The notes: generated by a model from the sequence alone, not told the origin. A stretch of DNA of 64,000 nucleotides from Asaia bogorensis (GCA_945901855.1 CAMDLT010000018.1:3245-67244); one strand, 5' to 3'; shown: positions 8,478 through 16,898, counted from the first letter of the stretch. Program-made: numbers and translations.

Positions 8478-9553
8478 GGCGTCGCTTCCCGTTTTTGGGG
8501 GGTGGTGCGTTGCAGCGCTACGATCGCGCATTGCAGCGTGTCGTCGTTTCCGAAACCGCCCGCTTTCATTGCGAGATGCAACACCCGTCCATTCGCCGTA
8601 ATGGCGCGTCCGAGCGGAAATCCCGGTTCGAGTTCCAGCACGATTTCGAAACTGCGTATTTCGAGCAGGTCGAGAATCGCTTCCATCGTGTCTCCGCCTG
8701 TTGCGATCAGCAAATCGACGGGCTGCGCGCAAATCCGTTGTGCAGCGTCTGCAGCGATCGTCCTCAACAACGCATGCGGGTCGGGTGTGCGTGCAATGGG
8801 ATTGCGCAGGATGGTGACGCCGCGCACACCGGCAATCCTGTCGGCTTGCGTGTGGCTGCGCGGATTTGCCGAACCAATAACCACAAGTATCTCGTCGTGC
8901 TTCGCTTCCGATTCGACGGTCGGCATGGAGACCGCTTCGGCGCCCGAAGCGACGCTTCGCGCCAGAGCAATAGCCATCCCCGGCGAACCGACCCACAGGA
9001 TTGTTTCCGGTGCAGGGATCGCCATTACTGCGGCGTCGAGATCTTCCTGGGTCGTTGCGTCGAGAATGACCGCGTTTGCGACCGACGACGGAACCAGATC
9101 GGCAAGAACGCAAACGCGCGCCGGATGTACGGGATCGCTCCCGTATCGCGATTCGGATACCCGAATACCGTCCACAAACTGTACGCCGCCGATAGTTGTG
9201 CGCCCGGCCCCTGGAAAGGCCGGCGCAAAAACCAGCGTTTTGCGACCGCTGGCATGGAACGACGCCGCGATCTCGACGGCCACATGACCCCGCAATGTCG
9301 AATCGACCGTCTTGTAGAGGATGCGGCGGTCTGCAAGCCTCGCCGTCAAATCGGCGCTAAGGTTTGCCGCTTGCCCGCTCGAAAGCGATCTCGACTGGCT
9401 ATCGACTGCCACGACCGAGCTGCTTTGGTCCGGCAGCCGACCACGGCCGATCATTGCGCGCATGCCGCGCGCAACGAAGGGGCCAGCGCCGTCGGATGCA
9501 CTCGTGAGGTCGTCGGCGAGGATGGCAATGTCGGGTGTCCCAGGTGTTTGCAT
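8474..9553 (-). CDS. DUF1537-family four-carbon acid-sugar kinase (OtnK/DtnK/DenK family)
   Basis: Start at ATG 9553 (MQTPGTPDIAILADDLTSASDGAGPF...). YKTVDSTLRG and LLIATGGDT motifs are typical of DUF1537 kinases. It is the first gene of a three-gene, translationally coupled operon. Confidence 0.85.
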   Translation of the reverse strand: MQTPGTPDIAILADDLTSASDGAGPFVARGMRAMIGRGRLPDQSSSVVAVDSQSRSLSSGQAANLSADLTARLADRRILYKTVDSTLRGHVAVEIAASFHASGRKTLVFAPAFPGAGRTTIGGVQFVDGIRVSESRYGSDPVHPARVCVLADLVPSSVANAVILDATTQEDLDAAVMAIPAPETILWVGSPGMAIALARSVASGAEAVSMPTVESEAKHDEILVVIGSANPRSHTQADRIAGVRGVTILRNPIARTPDPHALLRTIAADAAQRICAQPVDLLIATGGDTMEAILDLLEIRSFEIVLELEPGFPLGRAITANGRVLHLAMKAGGFGNDDTLQCAIVALQRTTPQKREATP

Positions 9554-9609
9554 GGTTGCAAGATATCGGCACCGATTTTCCAATAAAGCGATCGTTTCTG
9601 ACGGAATTC

Positions 9610-9626
9610 GGTGATAAATTATCACC
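9610..9626. promoter_or_regulatory. perfect 17-bp palindrome GGTGATAAATTATCACC containing a T-N11-A LysR-type box
   Basis: Seen directly: 8-bp arms GGTGATAA/TTATCACC around a central A. It sits in the 74-bp divergent spacer, 2 nt upstream of the lysR-family ATG (9628). TGATAAATTATCA fits T-N11-A. Confidence 0.45.
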
Positions 9627-9627
9627 A

Positions 9628-10536
9628 ATGAAACGCTCGGAGTTACCCTCGCTCGACGATCTGCGCGCATTCGAGGCCACGGCGCGGCTCGGCTCGGTGC
9701 GCGCCGCTGCCGAAAGCCTTTCGCTCACGCATGGGGCTGTCAGCCGTCGTATCTCCAAATTGTCGCAAGATGTCGGTTTCAAGCTTTTTGCCAAAGACGG
9801 GCGCGGCTTGCGGCTCACATCGGCGGGCGAAAAACTAAACCTCACCTTGGGCCGGTTTTTCGGCGAACTCGAAGCGACTATTCGGAATCTGCGCGCAGCG
9901 GACGCGCAGCAAGACGCGCTGGTTCTGTCGTGCGAAGCCTCGGTTGCTATGCGTTGGCTGATACCGAGGCTTGGCGACTTCCAGGCCGCCAGTCGCGGGA
10001 CTGTTCTTCATCTTTCGGTCGGCGGCGGCCCCGTCGAGTTTCGTCGAGACAGGATCGATCTCGCGCTTCGCCGCCTCGACTTCGCACTTCCCGCAACATG
10101 GCGCGTTCAACGACTATTCGCGGAAAAAACGGGGCCGGTCATGAGCCCGGAAATGGTCGCTGCCTTCGCGAACGAAGACTATATCGCCTTGGGTTCGAAA
10201 ACGCGCCCGAATGCTTGGCCGACTTGGCTTTCGTCGCATCCTTCGTGCCGACGACCGACCGAGATCCGCTATTTCGACCACCATTTCCTGATGGTCGAGG
10301 CTGCGGCAGCCGGGCTTGGGGTCGCACTTTGTCCGTTTGTGCTGGCTATCGACGACATCGCGCGCGGCCGCCTCGTCGCGCCGGTCGATTTCGACGCGGA
10401 CGGAAGCCATTATGGACTTGTCTGGTTGCAGGAAAAGCCGTTATCCGCGAAGGCGCAGGATTTCGTTCTTTGGTTGCGCAGAACATGCGCGCACTCGCTC
10501 GGGCTCGAGATGCTGCCCGAGGCGACAATCGACTGA
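9628..10536 (+). CDS. LysR-family transcriptional regulator (GcvA-like)
   Basis: wHTH N-terminus LDDLRAFEATARLGSVRAAAESLSLTHGAVSRRISKLSQDVGFKLFAKDGRGLRLTSAG. Start at ATG 9628. Divergent from the DUF1537/PdxA2 operon. Confidence 0.85.
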   Translation: MKRSELPSLDDLRAFEATARLGSVRAAAESLSLTHGAVSRRISKLSQDVGFKLFAKDGRGLRLTSAGEKLNLTLGRFFGELEATIRNLRAADAQQDALVLSCEASVAMRWLIPRLGDFQAASRGTVLHLSVGGGPVEFRRDRIDLALRRLDFALPATWRVQRLFAEKTGPVMSPEMVAAFANEDYIALGSKTRPNAWPTWLSSHPSCRRPTEIRYFDHHFLMVEAAAAGLGVALCPFVLAIDDIARGRLVAPVDFDADGSHYGLVWLQEKPLSAKAQDFVLWLRRTCAHSLGLEMLPEATID

Positions 10537-10558
10537 AACATCGTGGCGAAGCGTGCGC

Positions 10559-13303
10559 TCAAATCGAGCGGATCAGATCCAGCGACGCGCACAGGCGGGC
10601 AATGGCCGCAAGTGCTTCGCTCTTGCGCTCTTTGTTCTCGGCGATGACGTCGGGGTCGGCTTTAGCGACGAAGTCGGCGTTGGCGAGCTTCTTGTCGACC
10701 TTGCCGATCTCGCCTTCGAGACGGGCGATCTCTTTATCCAGGCGCTTGGTCTCGGCGGCCGTATCGACGATACCGGCCAGCGGCAGCACAAACGTAACGT
10801 CTGCAACCACGATCGGGGCCGCCCCTTTTGTGGCCCCGCCCGTTTCGGGTGCGATCGTCTCGATGCGGGCAAGCGTACGAATCAAGCCGTCATGGCGCGC
10901 GATACGCGCTTTGGCGATATCGCCTGCGTCGCGATAGAGCAGCGCCAAGCGCCCGCCCGGCGGCACGTTCATTTCGGCGCGCAAGGCACGGATCGCCGAG
11001 ATCGCGTCGACCACCCAGTTCATTTCTTCTTGGGCGGCCGTGTCGCCCAAGCTTGCGGGTAGCCTTGGCCAGCTTTCGACCATCAGCTGCGGACCCGACC
11101 CGCGATAGCCCAGCGTCTCCCACAATTCTTCGGTCACGTAGGGCGCAAGCGGATGCAAAAGTTTCAGGCACTGGCCGACGACGAAAGCGGTGGTGCCGCG
11201 CACTTCTGCTTGTTCGGCGGTCGTGCCGTTTTGCAGCAGCGGCTTGGTGAATTCCAGATACCAGTCGCAGAATGTGCCCCACACGAAACGATAAAGCGCA
11301 TCGGCCGCTTCGTTGAATTTGTAGCCTTCGAAGGCCGCGGTGACGGATGCTGCCGTTTTGGCAAGCTCGCCCAACAGCCATTTGTCGACCGTGAGCGTTA
11401 CGTGCACCGGATCGAACGACGCATCGGGCACGGCACCGTTCATGCCGGCATAGCGGGCGGCGTTCCACAGCTTAGTAATGAAATTTCGATAGCCCTCGAC
11501 GCGCGCAGGCGCGAGCTTGATGTCGCGCCCTTGGGCTGCAAGCGCGCACAAGGTGAAGCGCAACGCGTCGGTGCCGTATTTGTCGATAAGGTCCAAGGGA
11601 TCGATGATGTTGCCCTTGGATTTCGACATTTTTTGGCCGCGCTCGTCGCGCACGAGCGCGTGGATATAGACGTGCTTGAACGGCACGCGTTCGGCCAGCG
11701 GCTTGCCCGGGTTGCCGAAATGGATGCCCATCATCATCATGCGGGCAACCCAGAAGAAGATGATATCGAATCCCGTAACCAATACGTCGCCCGGATAGTA
11801 ACGCTCCAGTTCGGGCGTTTGCTCGGGCCAACCCAGCGTCGAAAACGGCCACAAAGCCGACGAAAACCAAGTGTCGAGTACGTCGTTGTCCTGCACAAGC
11901 TCGACCGGTTTGCCAAATTTCGCGGCAGCAGCGGCATGCGCGCTTGCTTCGTCCGCCTCGACAAAGATGCTGCCTTCGGGGCCGTACCACGCCGGAATAC
12001 GATGGCCCCACCAGAGCTGGCGGCTCACGCACCAGGGCTGGATGTTGCGCATCCACTCGTAATAGGTGTTTTCCCAGTGTTTGGGTACGAAGCTTGTATG
12101 ACCCTGCTCGACCGCTTCGATGGCGGGTTTGGCGAGCGTTGCGGCATCGCAAAACCACTGGTCGGTCAGCCACGGCTCGAGCGCCACGCCCGAGCGGTCG
12201 CCATGCGGCACGGTGTGCGCGTGCGGCTCGATCTTGTCCACGAGGCCGAGTTCTTCCATGTCCGCGACGATCGCCTTGCGTGCGGCGTAGCGGTCGAGGC
12301 CGCGATATTTTTCGGGCACGTCGCCGGTCATGCGTGCGTCTTTGTCGAAAATATTGACCATGGCGAGGCTGTGGCGTTTGCCGACCTCGAAGTCGTTGAA
12401 GTCGTGCGCGGGCGTCATTTTGACGGCGCCCGTGCCCTTTTCGGGGTCGGAATAATCGTCCGCGACAATACGCAGCTTGCGGCCGACAAGCGGAAGGATC
12501 GCGTTCTTTCCGTGCAGATCCTTGAAGCGCGGATCGTCGGGATGAACGGCGACCCCCGTGTCGCCCAACATGGTTTCAGGCCGCGTGGTGGCAACGACGA
12601 TGAATCGGCCCTCCTCGCCTTCGATTGGATATTTGAAGTGCCAGAGATGGCCCTTGATGTCGCGCTGCTCCACTTCCAAGTCGGAGATCGCCGTATGCAG
12701 CTTGGGATCCCAATTGACGAGACGCTTGTCGCGATAGATAAGGCCCTGCTTGTGCAGGTCGACAAACACTTTGCGCACGGCCTTCGACAGGCCCTCGTCC
12801 ATCGTGAATCGCTCGCGCGCCCAGTCTGGCGAAGCGCCCAAACGACGCAGCTGGCGCGTGATGGTGCCGCCCGACTCCGCCTTCCACTTCCAGGCTTCGT
12901 CGAGGAATGCCGCGCGTCCGATAAGCTGCTTGCCGCCGTCGACGGCCGCGCCGCCGCGATCGAGCGCAACACCGCGCTCGGCCAAGCGCCGCTCGACGAC
13001 CATTTGCGTCGCGATCCCGGCGTGGTCGGTGCCAGGCTGCCAGAGCGCGTCGCGCCCGCGCATGCGCCAGAATCGCACCAGCGCATCCTGCAACGTGAAC
13101 GTCAGCGCATGTCCCATGTGCAGCGAGCCCGTCACGTTGGGCGGCGGCATCATGATGGTATATGGCGTGCGGTTGGAGGCGGGATTGCAAGCAAAACTAT
13201 CCGCTTGCTCCCACTCGGCATAGCGTCGCGCTTCGATTTCGGCGGGCGCATAGGTTTTGGCGAGGCCGCCGTCGGCGCCCTCGGGTTTTGCGGTATCGGT
13301 CAT
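10559..13303 (-). CDS. valS: valine--tRNA ligase
   Basis: 914 aa. PPPNVTGSLHMGHAL (HIGH-type), GQKMSKSKGN (KMSKS) and a C-terminal coiled coil (KRLDKEIARLEGEIGKVDKKLAN). Confidence 0.97.
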   Translation of the reverse strand: MTDTAKPEGADGGLAKTYAPAEIEARRYAEWEQADSFACNPASNRTPYTIMMPPPNVTGSLHMGHALTFTLQDALVRFWRMRGRDALWQPGTDHAGIATQMVVERRLAERGVALDRGGAAVDGGKQLIGRAAFLDEAWKWKAESGGTITRQLRRLGASPDWARERFTMDEGLSKAVRKVFVDLHKQGLIYRDKRLVNWDPKLHTAISDLEVEQRDIKGHLWHFKYPIEGEEGRFIVVATTRPETMLGDTGVAVHPDDPRFKDLHGKNAILPLVGRKLRIVADDYSDPEKGTGAVKMTPAHDFNDFEVGKRHSLAMVNIFDKDARMTGDVPEKYRGLDRYAARKAIVADMEELGLVDKIEPHAHTVPHGDRSGVALEPWLTDQWFCDAATLAKPAIEAVEQGHTSFVPKHWENTYYEWMRNIQPWCVSRQLWWGHRIPAWYGPEGSIFVEADEASAHAAAAAKFGKPVELVQDNDVLDTWFSSALWPFSTLGWPEQTPELERYYPGDVLVTGFDIIFFWVARMMMMGIHFGNPGKPLAERVPFKHVYIHALVRDERGQKMSKSKGNIIDPLDLIDKYGTDALRFTLCALAAQGRDIKLAPARVEGYRNFITKLWNAARYAGMNGAVPDASFDPVHVTLTVDKWLLGELAKTAASVTAAFEGYKFNEAADALYRFVWGTFCDWYLEFTKPLLQNGTTAEQAEVRGTTAFVVGQCLKLLHPLAPYVTEELWETLGYRGSGPQLMVESWPRLPASLGDTAAQEEMNWVVDAISAIRALRAEMNVPPGGRLALLYRDAGDIAKARIARHDGLIRTLARIETIAPETGGATKGAAPIVVADVTFVLPLAGIVDTAAETKRLDKEIARLEGEIGKVDKKLANADFVAKADPDVIAENKERKSEALAAIARLCASLDLIRSI

Positions 13304-13335
13304 GGCGGTGTCTTATTTTGAAGCTGGGGTGAAGC

Positions 13336-13971
13336 TCAGTAATCCTGCGATTCGCGCGTAATGCGGCGAATCTCGCGCTGAACCATCCGTTCGACCAGGT
13401 CGGGCAGATATTGGTCGAGCCACGCTTTCAGAATCGGCCGCAACTCGGCACGCACCAGATCTTCGATCGTCAGATCCGAGTTGCCCAGCAGCAGGTTCCG
13501 CGGTACCCGCGCCTGCAGGCCCTGGAGTGACTCCGTTGCCTGGCGCGCCGTGTCGTCGGCCATCAGGCGGCGCGGTTCGTCCGACATGATCGGCGGCGGC
13601 TTGTCGACCACGTTTGTAAGTTCCAGAACCTCCTCGGATTCCGGTTCCGGCATGCGCTGCCGCGGCGGCGGAGGGGGCGGCGGTGGTGGCGGCGGAGGGG
13701 GTGGAGGCGGCGGCGGCGGCGGAGGCGGCGCAAACACCTCCTCCATCAAAGGCTCCAACTCCGGCTCCATCATAGGCGGCGGCGGAGGGGGCGGTGGTGC
13801 CGGTGGTGGCGGAGGGGGTGGCGGCGGCGGCGGCGGCGGCGGCGGTTCCGCAGCAGGCGGCGGCGCTGCGGGCGGCGCCTTCCCGGCATCCCCATCCTCC
13901 GAAATAATACGACGGATGGAGGCGAGGATTTCCTCCATCGAGGGTTCTTGCTGGTTCTTCGGATCCGACAT
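13336..13971 (-). CDS. popZ: polar organizing protein PopZ homologue (DUF2497)
   Basis: N-terminus MSDPKNQQEPSMEEILASIRRIISEDGD and C-terminus TIEDLVRAELRPILKAWLDQYLPDLVERMVQREIRRITR match the conserved ends of Caulobacter PopZ/DUF2497. The middle is an extreme Pro-rich linker. The location between valS and tolC is the usual alphaproteobacterial one. Confidence 0.8.
   Translation of the reverse strand: MSDPKNQQEPSMEEILASIRRIISEDGDAGKAPPAAPPPAAEPPPPPPPPPPPPPPPAPPPPPPPPMMEPELEPLMEEVFAPPPPPPPPPPPPPPPPPPPPPPRQRMPEPESEEVLELTNVVDKPPPIMSDEPRRLMADDTARQATESLQGLQARVPRNLLLGNSDLTIEDLVRAELRPILKAWLDQYLPDLVERMVQREIRRITRESQDY
13663..13728 (-). repeat. in-frame (CCN)22 tract encoding 22 consecutive prolines within popZ
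   Basis: Codon-by-codon reading of the plus strand gives cgg/agg/ggg/tgg triplets x22, flanked by RQR and AFVEEM codons. Confidence 0.9.
13774..13845 (-). repeat. in-frame (CCN)8-GCA-(CCN)15 tract encoding P8-A-P15 within popZ
   Basis: Codon-by-codon reading: 8 Pro codons (13774-13797), one Ala codon (13798-13800), then 15 Pro codons (13801-13845), including eight consecutive cgg triplets. Confidence 0.9.
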
Positions 13972-14035
13972 CGTCGTGCTTTAAACCATTCCTTTACCAA
14001 AGCTTAGGCGACAAAACCTGACGGCGCCAGAGATA

Positions 14036-14052
14036 TCCGCCCGTCGGGCGGA
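14036..14052 (-). terminator. GC-rich hairpin downstream of tolC (weak terminator candidate)
   Basis: TCCGCCC-GTC-GGGCGGA: 7-bp stem and 3-nt loop, 12 nt after the tolC stop. On the minus-strand transcript it is followed only by UAUCUCU, so the U-tract is poor. Confidence 0.3.
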
Positions 14053-14063
14053 ACAAAACTGAC

Positions 14064-15500
14064 TTATTTACGCGGTTCCTCGCCCGGAATATCCGTCCCG
14101 ATCCAGCGATTGCGCGCCGTTTCGGTGTAGACCGCCGGATCGTAGATTTCGACCGGCAATGCCAGTTCCTTGGCCGACAAGCGGCCGGTTGCCGACAGCA
14201 GTTGGAAAGCCGCCAGAACTTGGTCGCGCTGGGATTGAACCAGGCTCACGCGGCTGTTCAGCAATTCCTGTTCTGCGTTCAGGACGTCGAGCACGGTGCG
14301 CGAGCCGACGCGCGCCTCCTGCGAAACGCCTTCGAGCGCGATTTCGTTCGAGCGGATCTGCGCCTGGAAAGACTGGATCTGAGCGCCCGCCGTCATGAAT
14401 TGCTGCCAGGCGCGCGTTGCATCGTCGGCAATCTGGCGCTGGGAGACGTCGACTTGGGTGCGACGCTGTCCTTGCACCTGCTTGGCCTCGCGGGCGCGCG
14501 CGTCGGGCTGGCCGGCCTGATAGATCGGCACGCTGAAGGTCAGCAGCAAATCGATCGTATCGCGCTCGAAGCCGCGCGAGCCAGGCGGTTCGTGCGATTT
14601 AATCGCATCGGCCTGCAAGTTGACCGTCGGCATTTTTTCGCCTTCGACCAGCGCAATATCGTGTTTCGACGATTCGAGCGTGAAGCGCGCCTGCGCAAGC
14701 GTCGGATTGTTTGCCAAGGCCAGTTGACGCGCCTCTTCTTCCGAGCCCGGCAGCAGCGCGCGCGGCAGTGCCGGCACGGCGACGCGCCCCGCTTCGGCAC
14801 CCACGACGCGCATATACGCCGCGCGTGCGGTCGCGACGTTGCCCTCGGAACCGGTACGAGTGGCCTGCGCCTGGGCCAAGCGTGCCTCGGCTTGGCTTAC
14901 GTCGGTGCGGGTGATTTCGCCGACTTGGAAACGATCGCGCGCCGCTTCGAGCTGGCGCTGCAAAACCTGGACGTTGTTGGTGTTGAGATCCAGTACGGCC
15001 AATTCGCGCGCAAGATTGATGTAGGAGGTCGCGGTATCGAGAAGTACGCGCTGCTCGACAGCGCTCAACTGCGCGCGACCGGCCTGGACGTTGGCCTCTG
15101 CGCGATTGAGTTCGGCGGTTGACCGGCCGCCGCGATAGAGCGGCTGCACGGCCTGGAGCGTGGCCGACGCCTGCTGACGCGGACGCTGGTTCGACGTCGT
15201 GATGCGATCCGACGTGCCGTTGGCGCCGAAAACGGTGGTCGTCGACGAGTTGAAATCGCGCGCCGGACCCGCATTGCCGCTCAGCGCGACCGTCGGACGC
15301 CAGTTCGACAGCGCGCGCGGCAATTGTTCGTCGGTTGCACGCAACGCCGAACGCTGGGCCAAAATCTCTGGGTTCGAGCGATAGGCACCGGACAGGGCTT
15401 CTTCCAGCGACTGCGCATTCGCCTTTGGCACGCCAACAAATCCCAAAACTAAGGCGACCGAAGCAGCGGAGGCGAAATACAATGCTCTGTTCATACCCAT
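14064..15500 (-). CDS. tolC: TolC-family outer membrane efflux/type I secretion protein
   Basis: Signal peptide MGMNRALYFASAASVALVLGFVGVPKANAQ followed by SLEEALSGAYRSNPEILAQR (TolC N-terminal repeat start). Two-fold internal repeat architecture. ATG 15500 is chosen because GAGGAG lies just upstream; the track start at 15512 is a TTG that covers that SD. Confidence 0.9.
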   Translation of the reverse strand: MGMNRALYFASAASVALVLGFVGVPKANAQSLEEALSGAYRSNPEILAQRSALRATDEQLPRALSNWRPTVALSGNAGPARDFNSSTTTVFGANGTSDRITTSNQRPRQQASATLQAVQPLYRGGRSTAELNRAEANVQAGRAQLSAVEQRVLLDTATSYINLARELAVLDLNTNNVQVLQRQLEAARDRFQVGEITRTDVSQAEARLAQAQATRTGSEGNVATARAAYMRVVGAEAGRVAVPALPRALLPGSEEEARQLALANNPTLAQARFTLESSKHDIALVEGEKMPTVNLQADAIKSHEPPGSRGFERDTIDLLLTFSVPIYQAGQPDARAREAKQVQGQRRTQVDVSQRQIADDATRAWQQFMTAGAQIQSFQAQIRSNEIALEGVSQEARVGSRTVLDVLNAEQELLNSRVSLVQSQRDQVLAAFQLLSATGRLSAKELALPVEIYDPAVYTETARNRWIGTDIPGEEPRK

Positions 15501-15518
15501 GGTGCTCCTCAATTAACT

Positions 15519-15878
15519 TCAGTAGCGACGCATCGTCGGATCGATGTGCTGCGCCCAACGATCGATCCCGCCGCGCAAATTAATGGCATTGGCAACGCCT
15601 TGCGTGCGCAACCAAGACACGACTTGCAGCGAGCGCACGCCATGATGACAGACGACAACGAGCGGGGCATCGGCCAGCGCGCCCTTGCCCAAGCGATCCA
15701 GCGCCTCGGGCATCTGGCCCATCGGAATGTCGAGGCTGTCCTCGAACCGGCAAAGATCGAGTTCCCAAGGCTCGCGCACGTCGAGCACGCAATGCGCGAC
15801 GCCTGACGAGCGCCAACTGGCGAGGTCCTGCGGATCGATTTGCAGCGCTTGCGCCTGCGTTTGAGCGAGCGCGATCAA
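15519..15878 (-). CDS. single-domain rhodanese-like sulfurtransferase
   Basis: Active-site loop VVCHHGVRS (CxxGxRS). There is no in-frame ATG downstream of pcm. The proposed TTG start at 15878-15876 overlaps the pcm TGA (TTGA). The longer track ORF would overlap pcm by 240 nt. Confidence 0.7.
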   Translation of the reverse strand: MIALAQTQAQALQIDPQDLASWRSSGVAHCVLDVREPWELDLCRFEDSLDIPMGQMPEALDRLGKGALADAPLVVVCHHGVRSLQVVSWLRTQGVANAINLRGGIDRWAQHIDPTMRRY

Positions 15879-16516
15879 AACACAAAGCCAGGTTCGAGCG
15901 CCATGCCCGGCAAGACGGGCGTACCGGCATCGAACAGCACGCGCGCCGTCAGGTTGCCCGCAAATTTCTGCCACAGCGTGGCTTTGCCCGGCTGTCCCGG
16001 CGCAGCAACGACCGCCAAAATACGGCCGCCCTCGCCCACTTGGGCCGCATAGGCTTCCGGCAGGCCGCCGATCGCGCCGTCGAATATGATCGCGTCGTAC
16101 GGCGCCAAGGTCGGCCAACCGCCAGCAAATGCCCCTTCAACGACGGTTACCGTCGCGCCGCATGCGCGCCGCGTTTGTGCCGCAAAATCCACATCGTTCT
16201 CGAGCGCGACGACTTTAGCGCCCATAGATGCAAAAACGTTGGCTCCGTAACCGCACCCGCTGCCAACCACCAAAACGCGCGCGCCGGCATTCAACTCGGC
16301 ACTCTGCGCCAAGCGCGCAAAGACCATCGGCTCCATCAAAAACCGCCCGTTGCCAAGCGGAATATCCTCGTCCACATAGGCCACCGCTCGCAATGCTGCG
16401 GGCACGAAGTTTTCGCGCGCCAGGGTCGCCATCGCATCGACCACACGCGAATCGACGATGCGATTTGGGCGCAATTGGCTCTCGACCATGGTATGGCGGG
16501 CAGCAGCAAAATCCAT
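15875..16516 (-). CDS. pcm: protein-L-isoaspartate O-methyltransferase
   Basis: MDFAAARHTMVESQLRPN..., VDEDIPLGNGRFLMEPMVFARL and the SAM motif VLVVGSGCGYGA. ATG 16516 is preferred to the TTG at 16537. Confidence 0.9.
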   Translation of the reverse strand: MDFAAARHTMVESQLRPNRIVDSRVVDAMATLARENFVPAALRAVAYVDEDIPLGNGRFLMEPMVFARLAQSAELNAGARVLVVGSGCGYGANVFASMGAKVVALENDVDFAAQTRRACGATVTVVEGAFAGGWPTLAPYDAIIFDGAIGGLPEAYAAQVGEGGRILAVVAAPGQPGKATLWQKFAGNLTARVLFDAGTPVLPGMALEPGFVF

Positions 16517-16695
16517 CGTTTTGGGCACCTGCAACAAACGACACTGGCTGGATGCGAATCCAACCGTCTAATTCGCAATACTATATCTTATAAGTCGTTC
16601 GAACAGGCGTGACAATTGCTTGGCCGTTCCGCCGTACGGATCGCTGTTGCACTGCGGCAACGGCGGCTCAGCCCTGCGGTCTTCGGGGGTGGCTG

Positions 16696-16724
16696 TTGAC
16701 GCCGACATTCGCCCCGATTATACG
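16696..16724 (+). promoter_or_regulatory. candidate sigma70-type promoter for tRNA-Cys (TTGACG-N17-TATACG)
   Basis: TTGACG at 16696-16701, a 17-nt spacer, then TATACG at 16719-16724. It lies about 33 nt upstream of the mature tRNA-Cys 5' end. Confidence 0.35.
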
Positions 16725-16756
16725 TCCTCGCCGTTGCGGGTTCGCCTGCGGCATGT

Positions 16757-16831
16757 GGCCGGGTAGCAAAGTGGTAATGCAGGGGACTGCAAATCCCCTA
16801 TACGGCGGTTCGATTCCGCCTCCGGCCTCCA
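16757..16831 (+). tRNA. tRNA-Cys (anticodon GCA)
   Basis: Folded by hand. Acceptor GGCCGGG/TCCGGCC (one G-U), anticodon stem GGGGA/TCCCC with loop CTGCAAA, T arm GGCGG-TTCGATT-CCGCC, discriminator T, encoded CCA. Confidence 0.9.
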
Positions 16832-16874
16832 AATCTGCGCGCTGCAATTTTGCTGTGGCGCTTGACGGCGGTTT

Positions 16875-16883
16875 TGTTATAAG
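16875..16883 (+). promoter_or_regulatory. extended -10 promoter element TGTTATAAG upstream of tRNA-Asn
   Basis: TGnTATAAG lies 15 nt before the mature tRNA 5' end. The identical 10-mer TTGTTATAAG recurs upstream of tRNA-Ser at 27084-27093. Confidence 0.4.
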
Positions 16884-16898
16884 CCTGCCGTTATCTGT

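Noticed and set aside
7470-9113. 547-aa track ORF suggesting a much longer PdxA-like protein
   Set aside because: Only the C-terminal 335 aa (from ATG 8477) are PdxA-like. The upstream 212 codons overlap the DUF1537 kinase in another frame and are Arg-rich nonsense.
11153-13321. 722-aa plus-strand ORF
   Set aside because: Antisense to valS. The composition is low-complexity and Arg/His/Gly-rich, and no domain signature is present.
13663-13845. GGC/GGN-rich repetitive DNA that could be taken for a microsatellite or repeat array
   Set aside because: It is fully in frame inside popZ and has no spacer/repeat periodicity like a CRISPR. It is recorded as a coding homopolymer tract instead.
13481-13984. 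167-aa plus-strand ORF encoding long poly-Gly runs
   Set aside because: It is the mirror image of the poly-Pro tracts of popZ. The minus frame has the conserved PopZ/DUF2497 termini, and the plus frame has none.
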